Position numbers and translations under genes: made by a program. This document shows positions 19,794 to 28,542 of a stretch of 56,822 nt of DNA, one piece after another. The first letter of the stretch is position 1; the number at the start of each line of letters is the position of its first letter. Below the pieces are notes generated by a model, which worked only from the letters and a program-made list of their open reading frames with translations, made no database searches and had not been told where the DNA came from. The stretch comes from Candidatus Gottesmanbacteria bacterium (GTDB taxonomy: Bacteria > Patescibacteriota > Microgenomatia > UBA10105 > UBA927): contig CAWEKC010000002.1 in the NCBI GenBank assembly GCA_963809665.1, forward strand, positions 1 through 56,822, read 5' to 3'.

Positions 19794-20947
19794 AGGACGC
19801 TGAGGACTTTTCGCGCTTGCCGCACGGAAAGCCGCGTAGGAAGATTGATAATATGCTTTGCCGCATCTTCCGCCCGCGGGCAGCTGCCTCTCTTATAGCC
19901 GACTGTACCCAAATCGACATCTGCCGGGTCAATTACATTATGATACCAGTTACCCAACAGTATCCCCCGTTTTTTAGCACGCGTACTCACCTGCCCTGGA
20001 TTTTCAACTAACTTGGGAAAGCGTAAAAACGGTCCGTCAATTCCGTACATACGGGATATTTCCCGGCGCTGACGCGTGAACCGATCAAGTTTTTTCAGCT
20101 GTTTGAGGAGAAGGGACGCAAGCGCATTCGGATATTTGGCAGGAAAATCATCCGGCCGCCGCCCTATCTTTTCTTCGGCATATACGGGGAATGACAATAT
20201 CCGCAGCCGTTGAAGAACGACTAGGATTATTTTTCCGATTCCTATCCGGTAGAGCGGTAAAATAACAGAAAATGCCACAGGATGTACAAGTTGCCGGAAT
20301 GTCCAAGCTGCTGATGGGATCCCAAGTTTTTTATGATATGCTTTCAGTGCGGCAATCTGTTTTTGATGATCAGCCCGTATGGTAGCAAGACCGCCGAATA
20401 CGCTTGAAACTACCTTATCTCTGCCGAAACTGAAAAAGGCCGCATCTCCCGCCCTTCCTGTTGCACCGAGCGAATGTGCGCAGTCTTCGATAACAACAAG
20501 GTTGTGTTTCCGGGCAATTCCCATAAGCTCGTCAGTTTTTGCCGGGCGGCCGAAGGTGTGCTGAATAATGATCGCTTTTGTTTTTGATGTGATTTTTTCC
20601 TCCACAGAAGCCGGATCCAAATTGAACGTTTCTTCAATATCCGCGTATATAGGAATAGCTCCTGACCACCGGATGCTGTTAGGCACGGCAACGCACGTAA
20701 ATGCCTGGACGATTACTTCGTCACCCTTGCCGATAGCAAACGCTTTGAGAATAGCCAGAAGCGCAGACCTTCCGCTGTTAAACGAAACCGCACATGAAGT
20801 CTTCTGATACGAGCGAAACCACGCTTCTACTTTTCCGGGAGCTGTCCCCCGTTGCCACGCCCAGGGAGCAACCAAAAGCCTGAACGAAAGCCATACATCA
20901 TCAACCTCTGTGTTGGGCGATAAGGAAGCGGAAATTATTCGGCTCAT
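19790..20947 (-). CDS. DegT/DnrJ/EryC1/StrS-family PLP aminotransferase
   Basis: SGRSAL, FTCVAV, QHTFG, IEDCAHSLG, FSFGRDK (PLP Lys), INLPT. Confidence 0.9.
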   Translation of the reverse strand: MSRIISASLSPNTEVDDVWLSFRLLVAPWAWQRGTAPGKVEAWFRSYQKTSCAVSFNSGRSALLAILKAFAIGKGDEVIVQAFTCVAVPNSIRWSGAIPIYADIEETFNLDPASVEEKITSKTKAIIIQHTFGRPAKTDELMGIARKHNLVVIEDCAHSLGATGRAGDAAFFSFGRDKVVSSVFGGLATIRADHQKQIAALKAYHKKLGIPSAAWTFRQLVHPVAFSVILPLYRIGIGKIILVVLQRLRILSFPVYAEEKIGRRPDDFPAKYPNALASLLLKQLKKLDRFTRQRREISRMYGIDGPFLRFPKLVENPGQVSTRAKKRGILLGNWYHNVIDPADVDLGTVGYKRGSCPRAEDAAKHIINLPTRLSVRQARKVLSVL

Positions 20948-21663
20948 AACGACTGAATCCAGGGCACAACCGTTTTGGCAAACAACGCGGGATTTGTAAA
21001 CGGAACGTTATGGCCTTCGTGGGGCAATACAGCAAGCTTTGAACCGCGAATGACTTTTTCCATCCGGCGGGCAATTGGTTCCGGCACGATAATATCGTTG
21101 GCGCCCCACACGAGAAGTGTCGGAACCCGGACATGTTCCATGCATGTAACCAACGGTTCCTTGACAATATTTTTGAACGTTTCTCGCATGACGCCTTCCG
21201 CACGGTAAAAATCCCGCGCACCGATGATATAGTAATACCAAAGCCGCACACGGTCCTTCAGCCTATACAGAATAGGCAGAGAAAAAAGTGTCCCGCCGAT
21301 TTTCGCCACGGTGATAAAGAGGGCAAGCTTTTTACGGGAAACCGGCGTAAAACCGGGCGCTCCTGTGAGGATGAGCGCGGTAACGTTTTTCGGATGTTCC
21401 AATTGATACTTCAGCGCCACCCTGCCTCCGAAAGAATGACCCACAAGAATAGGTTTTTCAATATGATGTTTTTGAAAGTAGGAATCTACAAAATCCGCGT
21501 AATCTGTTAACGTCAGCGGCCGGGGAGGAATATGGAGCGCGTCAAACCCGGGAAAGTCTGGGGCAATTACGTCCAGATTATGTTTCTTCAGTTCCGAAAT
21601 AAGCGGCGCAAAGATTCTTGCGGACAATGCCCATCCATGCAAAATGACAACCGGATATTTCAT
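20944..21663 (-). CDS. Alpha/beta hydrolase
   Basis: HGW oxyanion motif, GHSFGG nucleophile elbow, GAND, GHN. Confidence 0.9.
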   Translation of the reverse strand: MKYPVVILHGWALSARIFAPLISELKKHNLDVIAPDFPGFDALHIPPRPLTLTDYADFVDSYFQKHHIEKPILVGHSFGGRVALKYQLEHPKNVTALILTGAPGFTPVSRKKLALFITVAKIGGTLFSLPILYRLKDRVRLWYYYIIGARDFYRAEGVMRETFKNIVKEPLVTCMEHVRVPTLLVWGANDIIVPEPIARRMEKVIRGSKLAVLPHEGHNVPFTNPALFAKTVVPWIQSL

Positions 21664-21668
21664 ATACG

Positions 21669-22979
21669 TTAAATTCTCTGTTTAAATGCTTCGCGGGATA
21701 GAGGTGCGGTTTTTAAATTTCTAGTTACCGTAATCCCGGGCCGGACCGTGCAAAATGAATCTTCAGGCAGATCGCGATCCAATACAACTCCCGCACCGAT
21801 AAACGAATTCTGCCCTATTTTTACTCCGGGCATGACGCTTGCATTAACGCCTATCCTCACACTCCTGCCGATCATGGCCCCAAGTTTATTTCTGCCGGTT
21901 ACAATCTTGGTTCCCGCGACCATGGATGAAATTACACCGTCGTCCAGTCGGAGATTGGCGAGGTTTGCCCCCGATCCCATACTGATGTGATCATCAAGTA
22001 CGCTGTCGCCGATATAATTGCTATGGAACCAGCAATCGTTGCCGATGTAGCTACGCGTAATGTCCGTATTAAATCCCGTAACACAGTTGGCGCCGATATG
22101 TGACTGCCGGATGATATTGTTGTTACCTATAATGGTATTTTTACCGATATAACACGGACCCAAAATTTTTGAATTCTCAAAAATTTTGACCCCGTCTTCT
22201 ATATACACCGGCCCCTCTATTACGACATTATCTTTAATAACAACGTCTTTCCCTTTATGCGGCTCAATACGGCCCAAAAACAAATCCATCACCCTGAGGA
22301 TATGCCACGGATATTTTATCGGCTGCCACGGACCCGTATAGGCAATCACCCGCACAGTATGGGTAGCGGCATACGAACTTAATGCTATTTCATACACATC
22401 ATCTTTTTTACTTTGTGCCGACTCAATCGTTTTGAAAAAATCCGTTGGGGCCGGAAAATAATGAAATACTAAATTAACGAGGTCCGAGGGTTCACGTCCT
22501 GCTTCCGGTTTTTCTGTAATACTCATCAACCGGCCGTTCTTTACCGTCAAATATCCGGCGGGAAAATGTGAAGAAACCCTTTTTCCGACCACCAGTGCAT
22601 CGTGATCATCCATTTCCTTTAAAAGTCCTTCATACAACACGTCATCCACAACATCCGCTGCATTCATAATAAGGCAGGGACTATCCCCGACGGTGGTTTT
22701 GGCAGAAAGTACAGCGTCGGCCATACCGGCAGCATGCTCCTGAACGACGATATCCAGTTCCATTCCGGGGATTTCAAGAGATCTCACAACGTTCGCATCC
22801 CCGGGATTGGTCACGATTATTGCATGAGCAATACCAGCAATCCTCAATGATTCAAGAGTATGTTCAAGAAGTGTCCTTTCAAAAAAACGGAAAACAGATT
22901 TTCCCGTCGTGATGGGCCAAAACCTTTTTCCCTCCCCGCCCGCCAATAGAAGTGCAACCAGATTATTTTGTTTCATCAT
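21669..22979 (-). CDS. glmU: Bifunctional sugar-1-phosphate nucleotidyltransferase/acetyltransferase (archaeal-type GlmU-like)
   Basis: LAGGEGKRFWP nucleotidyltransferase domain plus a hexapeptide LbH domain (YIGDSV, GANLANLR, GRNKLGA). Confidence 0.8.
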   Translation of the reverse strand: MMKQNNLVALLLAGGEGKRFWPITTGKSVFRFFERTLLEHTLESLRIAGIAHAIIVTNPGDANVVRSLEIPGMELDIVVQEHAAGMADAVLSAKTTVGDSPCLIMNAADVVDDVLYEGLLKEMDDHDALVVGKRVSSHFPAGYLTVKNGRLMSITEKPEAGREPSDLVNLVFHYFPAPTDFFKTIESAQSKKDDVYEIALSSYAATHTVRVIAYTGPWQPIKYPWHILRVMDLFLGRIEPHKGKDVVIKDNVVIEGPVYIEDGVKIFENSKILGPCYIGKNTIIGNNNIIRQSHIGANCVTGFNTDITRSYIGNDCWFHSNYIGDSVLDDHISMGSGANLANLRLDDGVISSMVAGTKIVTGRNKLGAMIGRSVRIGVNASVMPGVKIGQNSFIGAGVVLDRDLPEDSFCTVRPGITVTRNLKTAPLSREAFKQRI

Positions 22980-24307
22980 TCCTCCGTTATCCGCTGAATA
23001 TGTGCTCCTAACGCGGCAAGTCGTTCTTCTATTTTCTCATATCCGCGGTCAACCTGCTCAACGCCGTGTACTACGCTTTCACCGGGGGCTGAGAGCGCTG
23101 CCAGGATAAGCGTTGCGCCGGCACGAAGATCATTAATTTCCAGGACAGCATTGTGCAATGGGGTGGGGCCTTTAATTTTTATCCCTTGATGGTCCCCGTC
23201 AACGCGGTCCTCCCAATTAAAATTATAAAATGCTTCCGGATTGGCGATGTTCGGGTCAAAAAATTCTATATGGGCACCCATCTTCAATAACTGCGACACG
23301 TAAGAAAACCTGCTTTCGAAAACAGTTTCGTGAATTGTTGATATTCCGCTGGCCTGCGTCATAAGTACCGCCCAGGGGGCCTGCCAATCGGTCATAAATC
23401 CCGGGTGAGGCGACGTTACGATATCCGTGGATGTCAGTGGCCCGTCTGCATAATACCGGGTTGTGGTAGTATCCATTTCTTCTAACTTCCCGCCTGCTTT
23501 ACGGTACGCATCAAGAAATGGTCCCAGATTACGCCGCGAAGAATTTTTAACAATGATGTCTCCTGCTGTTATCACACTTGCTATAGCAAACGTCACTTCT
23601 TCGTTGCGGTCCGGCATTATTGAATATTCGGTTCCGTGAAGTTTAGTCACCCCATCTATAACAATCGTTCGGGATGCAGTCCGCCGGATTTTTGCACCCA
23701 TTTGATTTAAACATGCAATCAAATCGTCAATTTCCACTTCCTCTGCTGCATTTTCAAGCACCGTTCTGCCACGGGCAAGTACAGCCGCCAAAAGAAGCGT
23801 TTCCGTACCTGTGTGGGTATTTTTGGGAAACCGTATAGTGGCTCCGTGGAGTTCTTTCGTTTTTGCATAAAAATAGCCGTCGTCCGAATGGTACTGGATA
23901 TCCGCTCCCATGTCTTTCAGGGCAGTAATGTGTCTATCTATCGGCCGTGCGCCTAACCTGCATCCGCCGGGATTCGGCGTTGTTGCTGCTTTGTAGCGTG
24001 CAAGAAGCGGCCCCAAAACCAGCGATGATGTCCTTAGTCTTGCTGCTACATCCAAAGGAACCTTCGCATTATGGATGTAATTGTGCGTAACGTGGATTGT
24101 ATGCCCGTCGCGTCTATTGTTCACGCCGAGTGCCCCCAAAACTTCCAGCATCAGGGTCACATCGCGGATAAGCGGTACGTTTCGAATCACTATTTCTTCA
24201 TCCGTCAGAAGTGAAGCTACGAGAATTTTGAGCGCAACATTTTTTGCTCCTTCAACAGCAATTTCCCCTTTGAGCGGCACTCCGCCGCTGATGATAAACT
24301 TATCCAT
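22976..24307 (-). CDS. murA: UDP-GlcNAc enolpyruvyl transferase
   Basis: GAKNVAL, PGGCRLGARPID (catalytic Cys), PGFMTDWQ, DLRAGA, DRGYE. Confidence 0.97.
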   Translation of the reverse strand: MDKFIISGGVPLKGEIAVEGAKNVALKILVASLLTDEEIVIRNVPLIRDVTLMLEVLGALGVNNRRDGHTIHVTHNYIHNAKVPLDVAARLRTSSLVLGPLLARYKAATTPNPGGCRLGARPIDRHITALKDMGADIQYHSDDGYFYAKTKELHGATIRFPKNTHTGTETLLLAAVLARGRTVLENAAEEVEIDDLIACLNQMGAKIRRTASRTIVIDGVTKLHGTEYSIMPDRNEEVTFAIASVITAGDIIVKNSSRRNLGPFLDAYRKAGGKLEEMDTTTTRYYADGPLTSTDIVTSPHPGFMTDWQAPWAVLMTQASGISTIHETVFESRFSYVSQLLKMGAHIEFFDPNIANPEAFYNFNWEDRVDGDHQGIKIKGPTPLHNAVLEINDLRAGATLILAALSAPGESVVHGVEQVDRGYEKIEERLAALGAHIQRITEE

Positions 24308-24309
24308 AG

Positions 24310-25266
24310 TTAAAATTCCCCCACGCGGATAATTTCTTCACTCAGTATCACACCGAATTTTTCTTGTACTTTTAGCCTGACCAGCTCCAGTAATTGTACC
24401 ACGTCTGCGGCTGTTGCCCTCCCGCGGTTCACAATGAAATTGGCGTGAATCCCGGATATTTCTGCGTCGCCGACCCGCGTGCCCTTGAGTCCGGCGTGAT
24501 CAATGAGAAACCCCGCGGATGTCGTCTGATTGGGAGTCGAAGCTGACAGCGCCTCGGCCTGCGAAATATTTTTAAATGCGCAGCCTGCCGTGAATACCCC
24601 CTGCGGCTGTGTTTCTCTGCGGTATTGAATGCTTTCGTTGGCAATACGCCATAACCGGTCTTTGGAATCAGCGCCCAGGGCGAAAACTACGTGTAGCACA
24701 ATATCTTTTGTCTTTTGGATAGAGCTCGCGTCATACCCGAAGTGAAAATATGATTTGGGAACGGTGACGCGTGTATTTTCCGGTGTTAAAATTTCCGCCT
24801 GATAGACGGCATCACCCACATACCCGGGCGGATGGGTCCATTTGGAATTCATGAATATGGCGCCCCCGACCGTACCGGGCAGTCCTAAATGCATTTCAAT
24901 ACCCGAAAGACCCTCCTCGACGGTAAAACGGACAAACGAGTTGAATACGACTCCGCTCGCAGCCTCCACAAATACCAGGCCGCTGCGTGCCGTACCCCCT
25001 TTTACCTCTCCTCTCATTCCTTTAATCCGTATGGTGTTCGTGCCGTTTTTTATAACAAATCCGCGGATACCGCGGTCCCCGATAAGGACATTGGTCCCGC
25101 CCCCGAGGATAAAAATGGGCATGTTGAGTTTCCGCCCGAGCAAAATTGCGCTCACAAAGTCGTCTACCGTTTTCGCATCATAAAAATAATCGGCCGGTCC
25201 TCCGATTTTGAAGGTTGTATGCCTGCCTAAAGGCTCATTTTTCAATAAATCGTTTACTCCAACCAT
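24310..25266 (-). CDS. murB: UDP-N-acetylenolpyruvylglucosamine reductase
   Basis: HTTFKIGGPAD, LGGGTNVL, LPGTVGGA, AGCAFKN, HANFIVN. Start placed at 25266. Confidence 0.95.
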   Translation of the reverse strand: MVGVNDLLKNEPLGRHTTFKIGGPADYFYDAKTVDDFVSAILLGRKLNMPIFILGGGTNVLIGDRGIRGFVIKNGTNTIRIKGMRGEVKGGTARSGLVFVEAASGVVFNSFVRFTVEEGLSGIEMHLGLPGTVGGAIFMNSKWTHPPGYVGDAVYQAEILTPENTRVTVPKSYFHFGYDASSIQKTKDIVLHVVFALGADSKDRLWRIANESIQYRRETQPQGVFTAGCAFKNISQAEALSASTPNQTTSAGFLIDHAGLKGTRVGDAEISGIHANFIVNRGRATAADVVQLLELVRLKVQEKFGVILSEEIIRVGEF

Positions 25267-26620
25267 AAATATCTCCTGCCCCCATAAAAATAATAACATC
25301 ACCGGGCTGCATATGTTCACGAAGCAGTGCGGCAGCGTGGGAAAAATCGGGCGCGTACAATACATCGGTATGGTGTTTCGCCGTTTCTTCTACTAGCGTT
25401 TTTCCGGAAATGCCCTGTGAACCCGATTCGCGGGCAGATGAATAAATATCGGTGATAATTACTTTATGAGCGTTTGTGAAAGCTCGGGAAAATTCGCTCA
25501 GAAGCGCTTTCGTCCGTGAGTACGTGTGTGGCTGAAATACCGCAATTATCCTCCTGCGGGGGTACCATTCCCGGACAGCTGCGAGCGTTGCTATGATTTC
25601 TTTGGGATGATGCGCATAATCATCATAGACACGTGTTTCACCGATAGCCCCTACAAATTCGAACCGCCGTTTGGTTCCGCCAAAAACCTGTAATCCCTTT
25701 TTAATATCCTCCCAGGGTACGCCGAGTGACCTGCACGCCAGTGCCGCAGCGGCGGCATTAAGTGCATTGTGACGACCCGGAACCTTCAGCGTAAACTCGC
25801 CGACCGCCATACCCCGCTCAAAAAGTGTGAAAAATGTCTGTTCCGCGCCGGAACGCACATTGGTCACCCGGAATTCCGCTCTGGGCGAAAATCCGTATGT
25901 CACAGAAGATTCAAGGACACGACTTGCGGGATCATCCGCGTTCACGATCGTCAGTTTTGATTGCTTTTGTAGCTTCACAAATGCATCCTGTACCGCAGTC
26001 AGCGAGGCATACGCATCCGGATGATCAAAATCTATATTGGTAACGACAAGAACGTCGGGGTGCTGCCATAAAAATCTCGGCGTTGAGTCGTGATTGGGAT
26101 CCGTGATGTATTCGTCTGCTTCAGCCACGAATATGCTCTTTTTCCCTTTGTGTCCCGGAAGTCCCAATCCGCGGATTTCTCCGCAGCCGATTGCATACGA
26201 TGCATCCAAACCGGAAGAGATAAGGATTGTAGCAATCATTGCGGACGTGGTTGTCTTCCCGTGGCTGCCGGCAACCGACACTTGTTTATTATCTTCCATG
26301 ATAAGTCCCAGCGCTTTTCCGTGCGGTAAGACCGGGATTCCTTGAGCTTCCGCCTCAACAACCTCTTCGCTATCGCGACCCCCATGTGCGCCGGTATAGA
26401 TAACGAGGTCCGGCCGTATGTGTGTTATATTTTTTGGACTAAATTCTAAAGCGGTAATACCACCCTGAGCCAGGACTTCGTCCGACGGAAACTCTTCCGA
26501 GATATCCGAGCCTGAAACGTGATATCCCGCTTCTGTTGCCCACACGGCAAGTGCCGCCATGGCGACTCCTTTAATGCCGACAAAATGTATTCTTTTTATC
26601 TTTTTCCAATTAATATTCAT
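25235..26620 (-). CDS. murC: UDP-MurNAc:L-Ala ligase
   Basis: HFVGIKG, GSHGKTTT, EADE, DDYAHHP.EI, FQPHTYSRT, MGAGDI. Confidence 0.97.
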   Translation of the reverse strand: MNINWKKIKRIHFVGIKGVAMAALAVWATEAGYHVSGSDISEEFPSDEVLAQGGITALEFSPKNITHIRPDLVIYTGAHGGRDSEEVVEAEAQGIPVLPHGKALGLIMEDNKQVSVAGSHGKTTTSAMIATILISSGLDASYAIGCGEIRGLGLPGHKGKKSIFVAEADEYITDPNHDSTPRFLWQHPDVLVVTNIDFDHPDAYASLTAVQDAFVKLQKQSKLTIVNADDPASRVLESSVTYGFSPRAEFRVTNVRSGAEQTFFTLFERGMAVGEFTLKVPGRHNALNAAAAALACRSLGVPWEDIKKGLQVFGGTKRRFEFVGAIGETRVYDDYAHHPKEIIATLAAVREWYPRRRIIAVFQPHTYSRTKALLSEFSRAFTNAHKVIITDIYSSARESGSQGISGKTLVEETAKHHTDVLYAPDFSHAAALLREHMQPGDVIIFMGAGDIYGWSKRFIEK

Positions 26621-26625
26621 GGTAC

Positions 26626-27352
26626 TTAAAAGTGTATTATACCGAGTTGGACGCCAAAAGTTTTTTTCGTGTCTTTTCTGAATGAATTAAACTCGCTGAC
26701 CTGGCATGATGTACAGGTCACCGGAGCATCAATATGTTCTTTTTTAATACCTGCGTTGACTAACTGCAGATAATTTACATACCCGATGTCCAGATGCCAT
26801 CCGTCCCGCTCCCGCGCTGTGATCTTCTCATTATTGCCGAATATTTTTTGAAATACTTCGGCCCTGTCATCCGGAACAGTATAGCAACACATACCGATAT
26901 GCGGACCTATGGATAGACGGATGTCACCGGGTGTACAGCCCGCGGCAACCATCGAACTGACTAATTTTCCTGCAATCCCGTTTGCCGTTCCCCGCCATCC
27001 CGCATGCGCCACACCAATTGTCTGAGTTTCAGGATCCACTGCCAACAAAGGAACGCAGTCCGCAAACGAGACTCCCAAGCGCTACCGGCGCACCGTCTTT
27101 CCTGTACACAAGTCCGTCGGTTTCTGGGAGAGTCTTTCCGCGATCACTTGCTGTTACCACCGCAATGCGCACACCATGAATTTGCCGCGCCATTATAAGA
27201 TCTTTTGCTTGCGATCCGGTTAACCGGAGGAACGCGTCCCTATTGTCTGCCATTCGCATATCACCCAATATACGGCAGGAATACCCGGCCGAGATTGGTA
27301 GTCCGGTAAACGAAGAAATTGTATAGATCCCCCGCGGGTCTTTATGAATCAT
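26626..27352 (-). CDS. pgeF: PgeF/YfiH peptidoglycan editing factor (laccase-domain family); one extra base at CCC 27074-27076
   Basis: QIHG, DGL, ADCVP, AHAGWRG, IGPHIG.CCY; two ORFs join with a 1-nt correction. Confidence 0.88.
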
Positions 27353-28525
27353 CTAAAGTAATTTTACCGCTTTTTTCACCGCTTCCTTATCACTCCAGGG
27401 GTATTCGTGACGGCCTCTGGCTAAACTTTGCTCGTGGCCTTTGCCCGTAATAATAACAACATCACCCTTTTCGGCAAGCTTTACGGCAAAATCAACGGCA
27501 TTCTGGCGGTTAGGGAATCGGTACACCTGCGGCCCCGGCTCAATTCCCGCGGATATTTCGTCCATAATCGTCTCAATGTTCTCCGTTCGGTAATCTTCTT
27601 CTGTGAGCACAATGACATCAGCATATGTTCCTGATGCCTTACCCATAAGCGGCCGCTTGCTCGTATCGCGCAGGCCCGCGCTCCCGAACACATGAATAAG
27701 CCGTTTTTTGGTGCTTTCGCGTGCGGTTTTGAGCGCCCGGTCAATGGCATTCGGGGTATGCGCAAAATCTACAATGACAGTAAACGGATCGTGTTTGACA
27801 ATTTCCATCCTGCCCGGTACACCGGAAAATTCAGCAACGGCTTTCTGGGCGATTTTTTTAGGAATTTCAAGCGCGGAGGCCACGGAGAGGGCTGCAAGAC
27901 AATTATACTGATTAAACTCACCCGGAAGCTGCGTTGTAAACGGGTATGTTTGCGGGGTAATCATCGCCTCCCTGTGGATGCCATAGGTGATGAGGTTTTT
28001 GCGCCGCAACAGCGGAATAGCCCGCGTGTACAAATCCGCTTCATCCCGGTTAATAACCGCAATAGTCGCCCGGGTTAACAAAGATAATTTTGCGGCCAGA
28101 TACCTGTCGAACGTCCTATGCCAATCAAGATGCTCATGTGTAACATTGGTGATCACTCCAATAACAAATCGGATTCCTAGTACCCGGTGCTGACTTAACC
28201 CATGAGAGGTAACTTCCAATACCATATGCGTGTCACCGTGCTCTGCGGCTTGGCGCAGATATTTTTGCACTGAAAACGGGTCCGGATTGGTTACGTGAAG
28301 GCCTGTATCATAGGATTTACCTGCAATTACCGCATTCACAGTTGTTATCATGGATGTTTTATATCCCGCAGCTTTAAGAATTTCATAAATGAGCGTGGTT
28401 GTTGTTGTTTTCCCGTCCGTACCGGTCACACCGATTACTGTAAGGTTGTGGCTGGGAAAGCCGTACCGGATGTTGGCCGCGATTGCCGAAAGTAGATGAT
28501 AGAGCCCTTTAAGGCTTCGTAGCAT
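27353..28525 (-). CDS. murE: MurE-family amino acid ligase, short form lacking the N-terminal domain
   Basis: GVTGTDGKTTT, LEVTSH, TNVTHEHLD, VDFAHTP, GKGHE. Confidence 0.9.
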   Translation of the reverse strand: MLRSLKGLYHLLSAIAANIRYGFPSHNLTVIGVTGTDGKTTTTTLIYEILKAAGYKTSMITTVNAVIAGKSYDTGLHVTNPDPFSVQKYLRQAAEHGDTHMVLEVTSHGLSQHRVLGIRFVIGVITNVTHEHLDWHRTFDRYLAAKLSLLTRATIAVINRDEADLYTRAIPLLRRKNLITYGIHREAMITPQTYPFTTQLPGEFNQYNCLAALSVASALEIPKKIAQKAVAEFSGVPGRMEIVKHDPFTVIVDFAHTPNAIDRALKTARESTKKRLIHVFGSAGLRDTSKRPLMGKASGTYADVIVLTEEDYRTENIETIMDEISAGIEPGPQVYRFPNRQNAVDFAVKLAEKGDVVIITGKGHEQSLARGRHEYPWSDKEAVKKAVKLL

Positions 28526-28532
28526 GATAGTA

Positions 28533-28541
28533 ATTATACCA
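28533..28541 (-). promoter_or_regulatory. Extended -10 (TGgTATAAT) 7 nt before the murE ATG
   Basis: Between the ftsI stop (28543) and the murE start (28525); no SD. Confidence 0.65.
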
Positions 28542-28542
28542 C

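Noticed and set aside
25235-25266. MurC-MurB fusion broken by a frameshift
   Set aside because: murC has a plausible native C-terminus and murB a plausible start; overlaps of about 30 nt also occur elsewhere here (mraZ/rsmH, GT2/ligase). Not excluded without reads.
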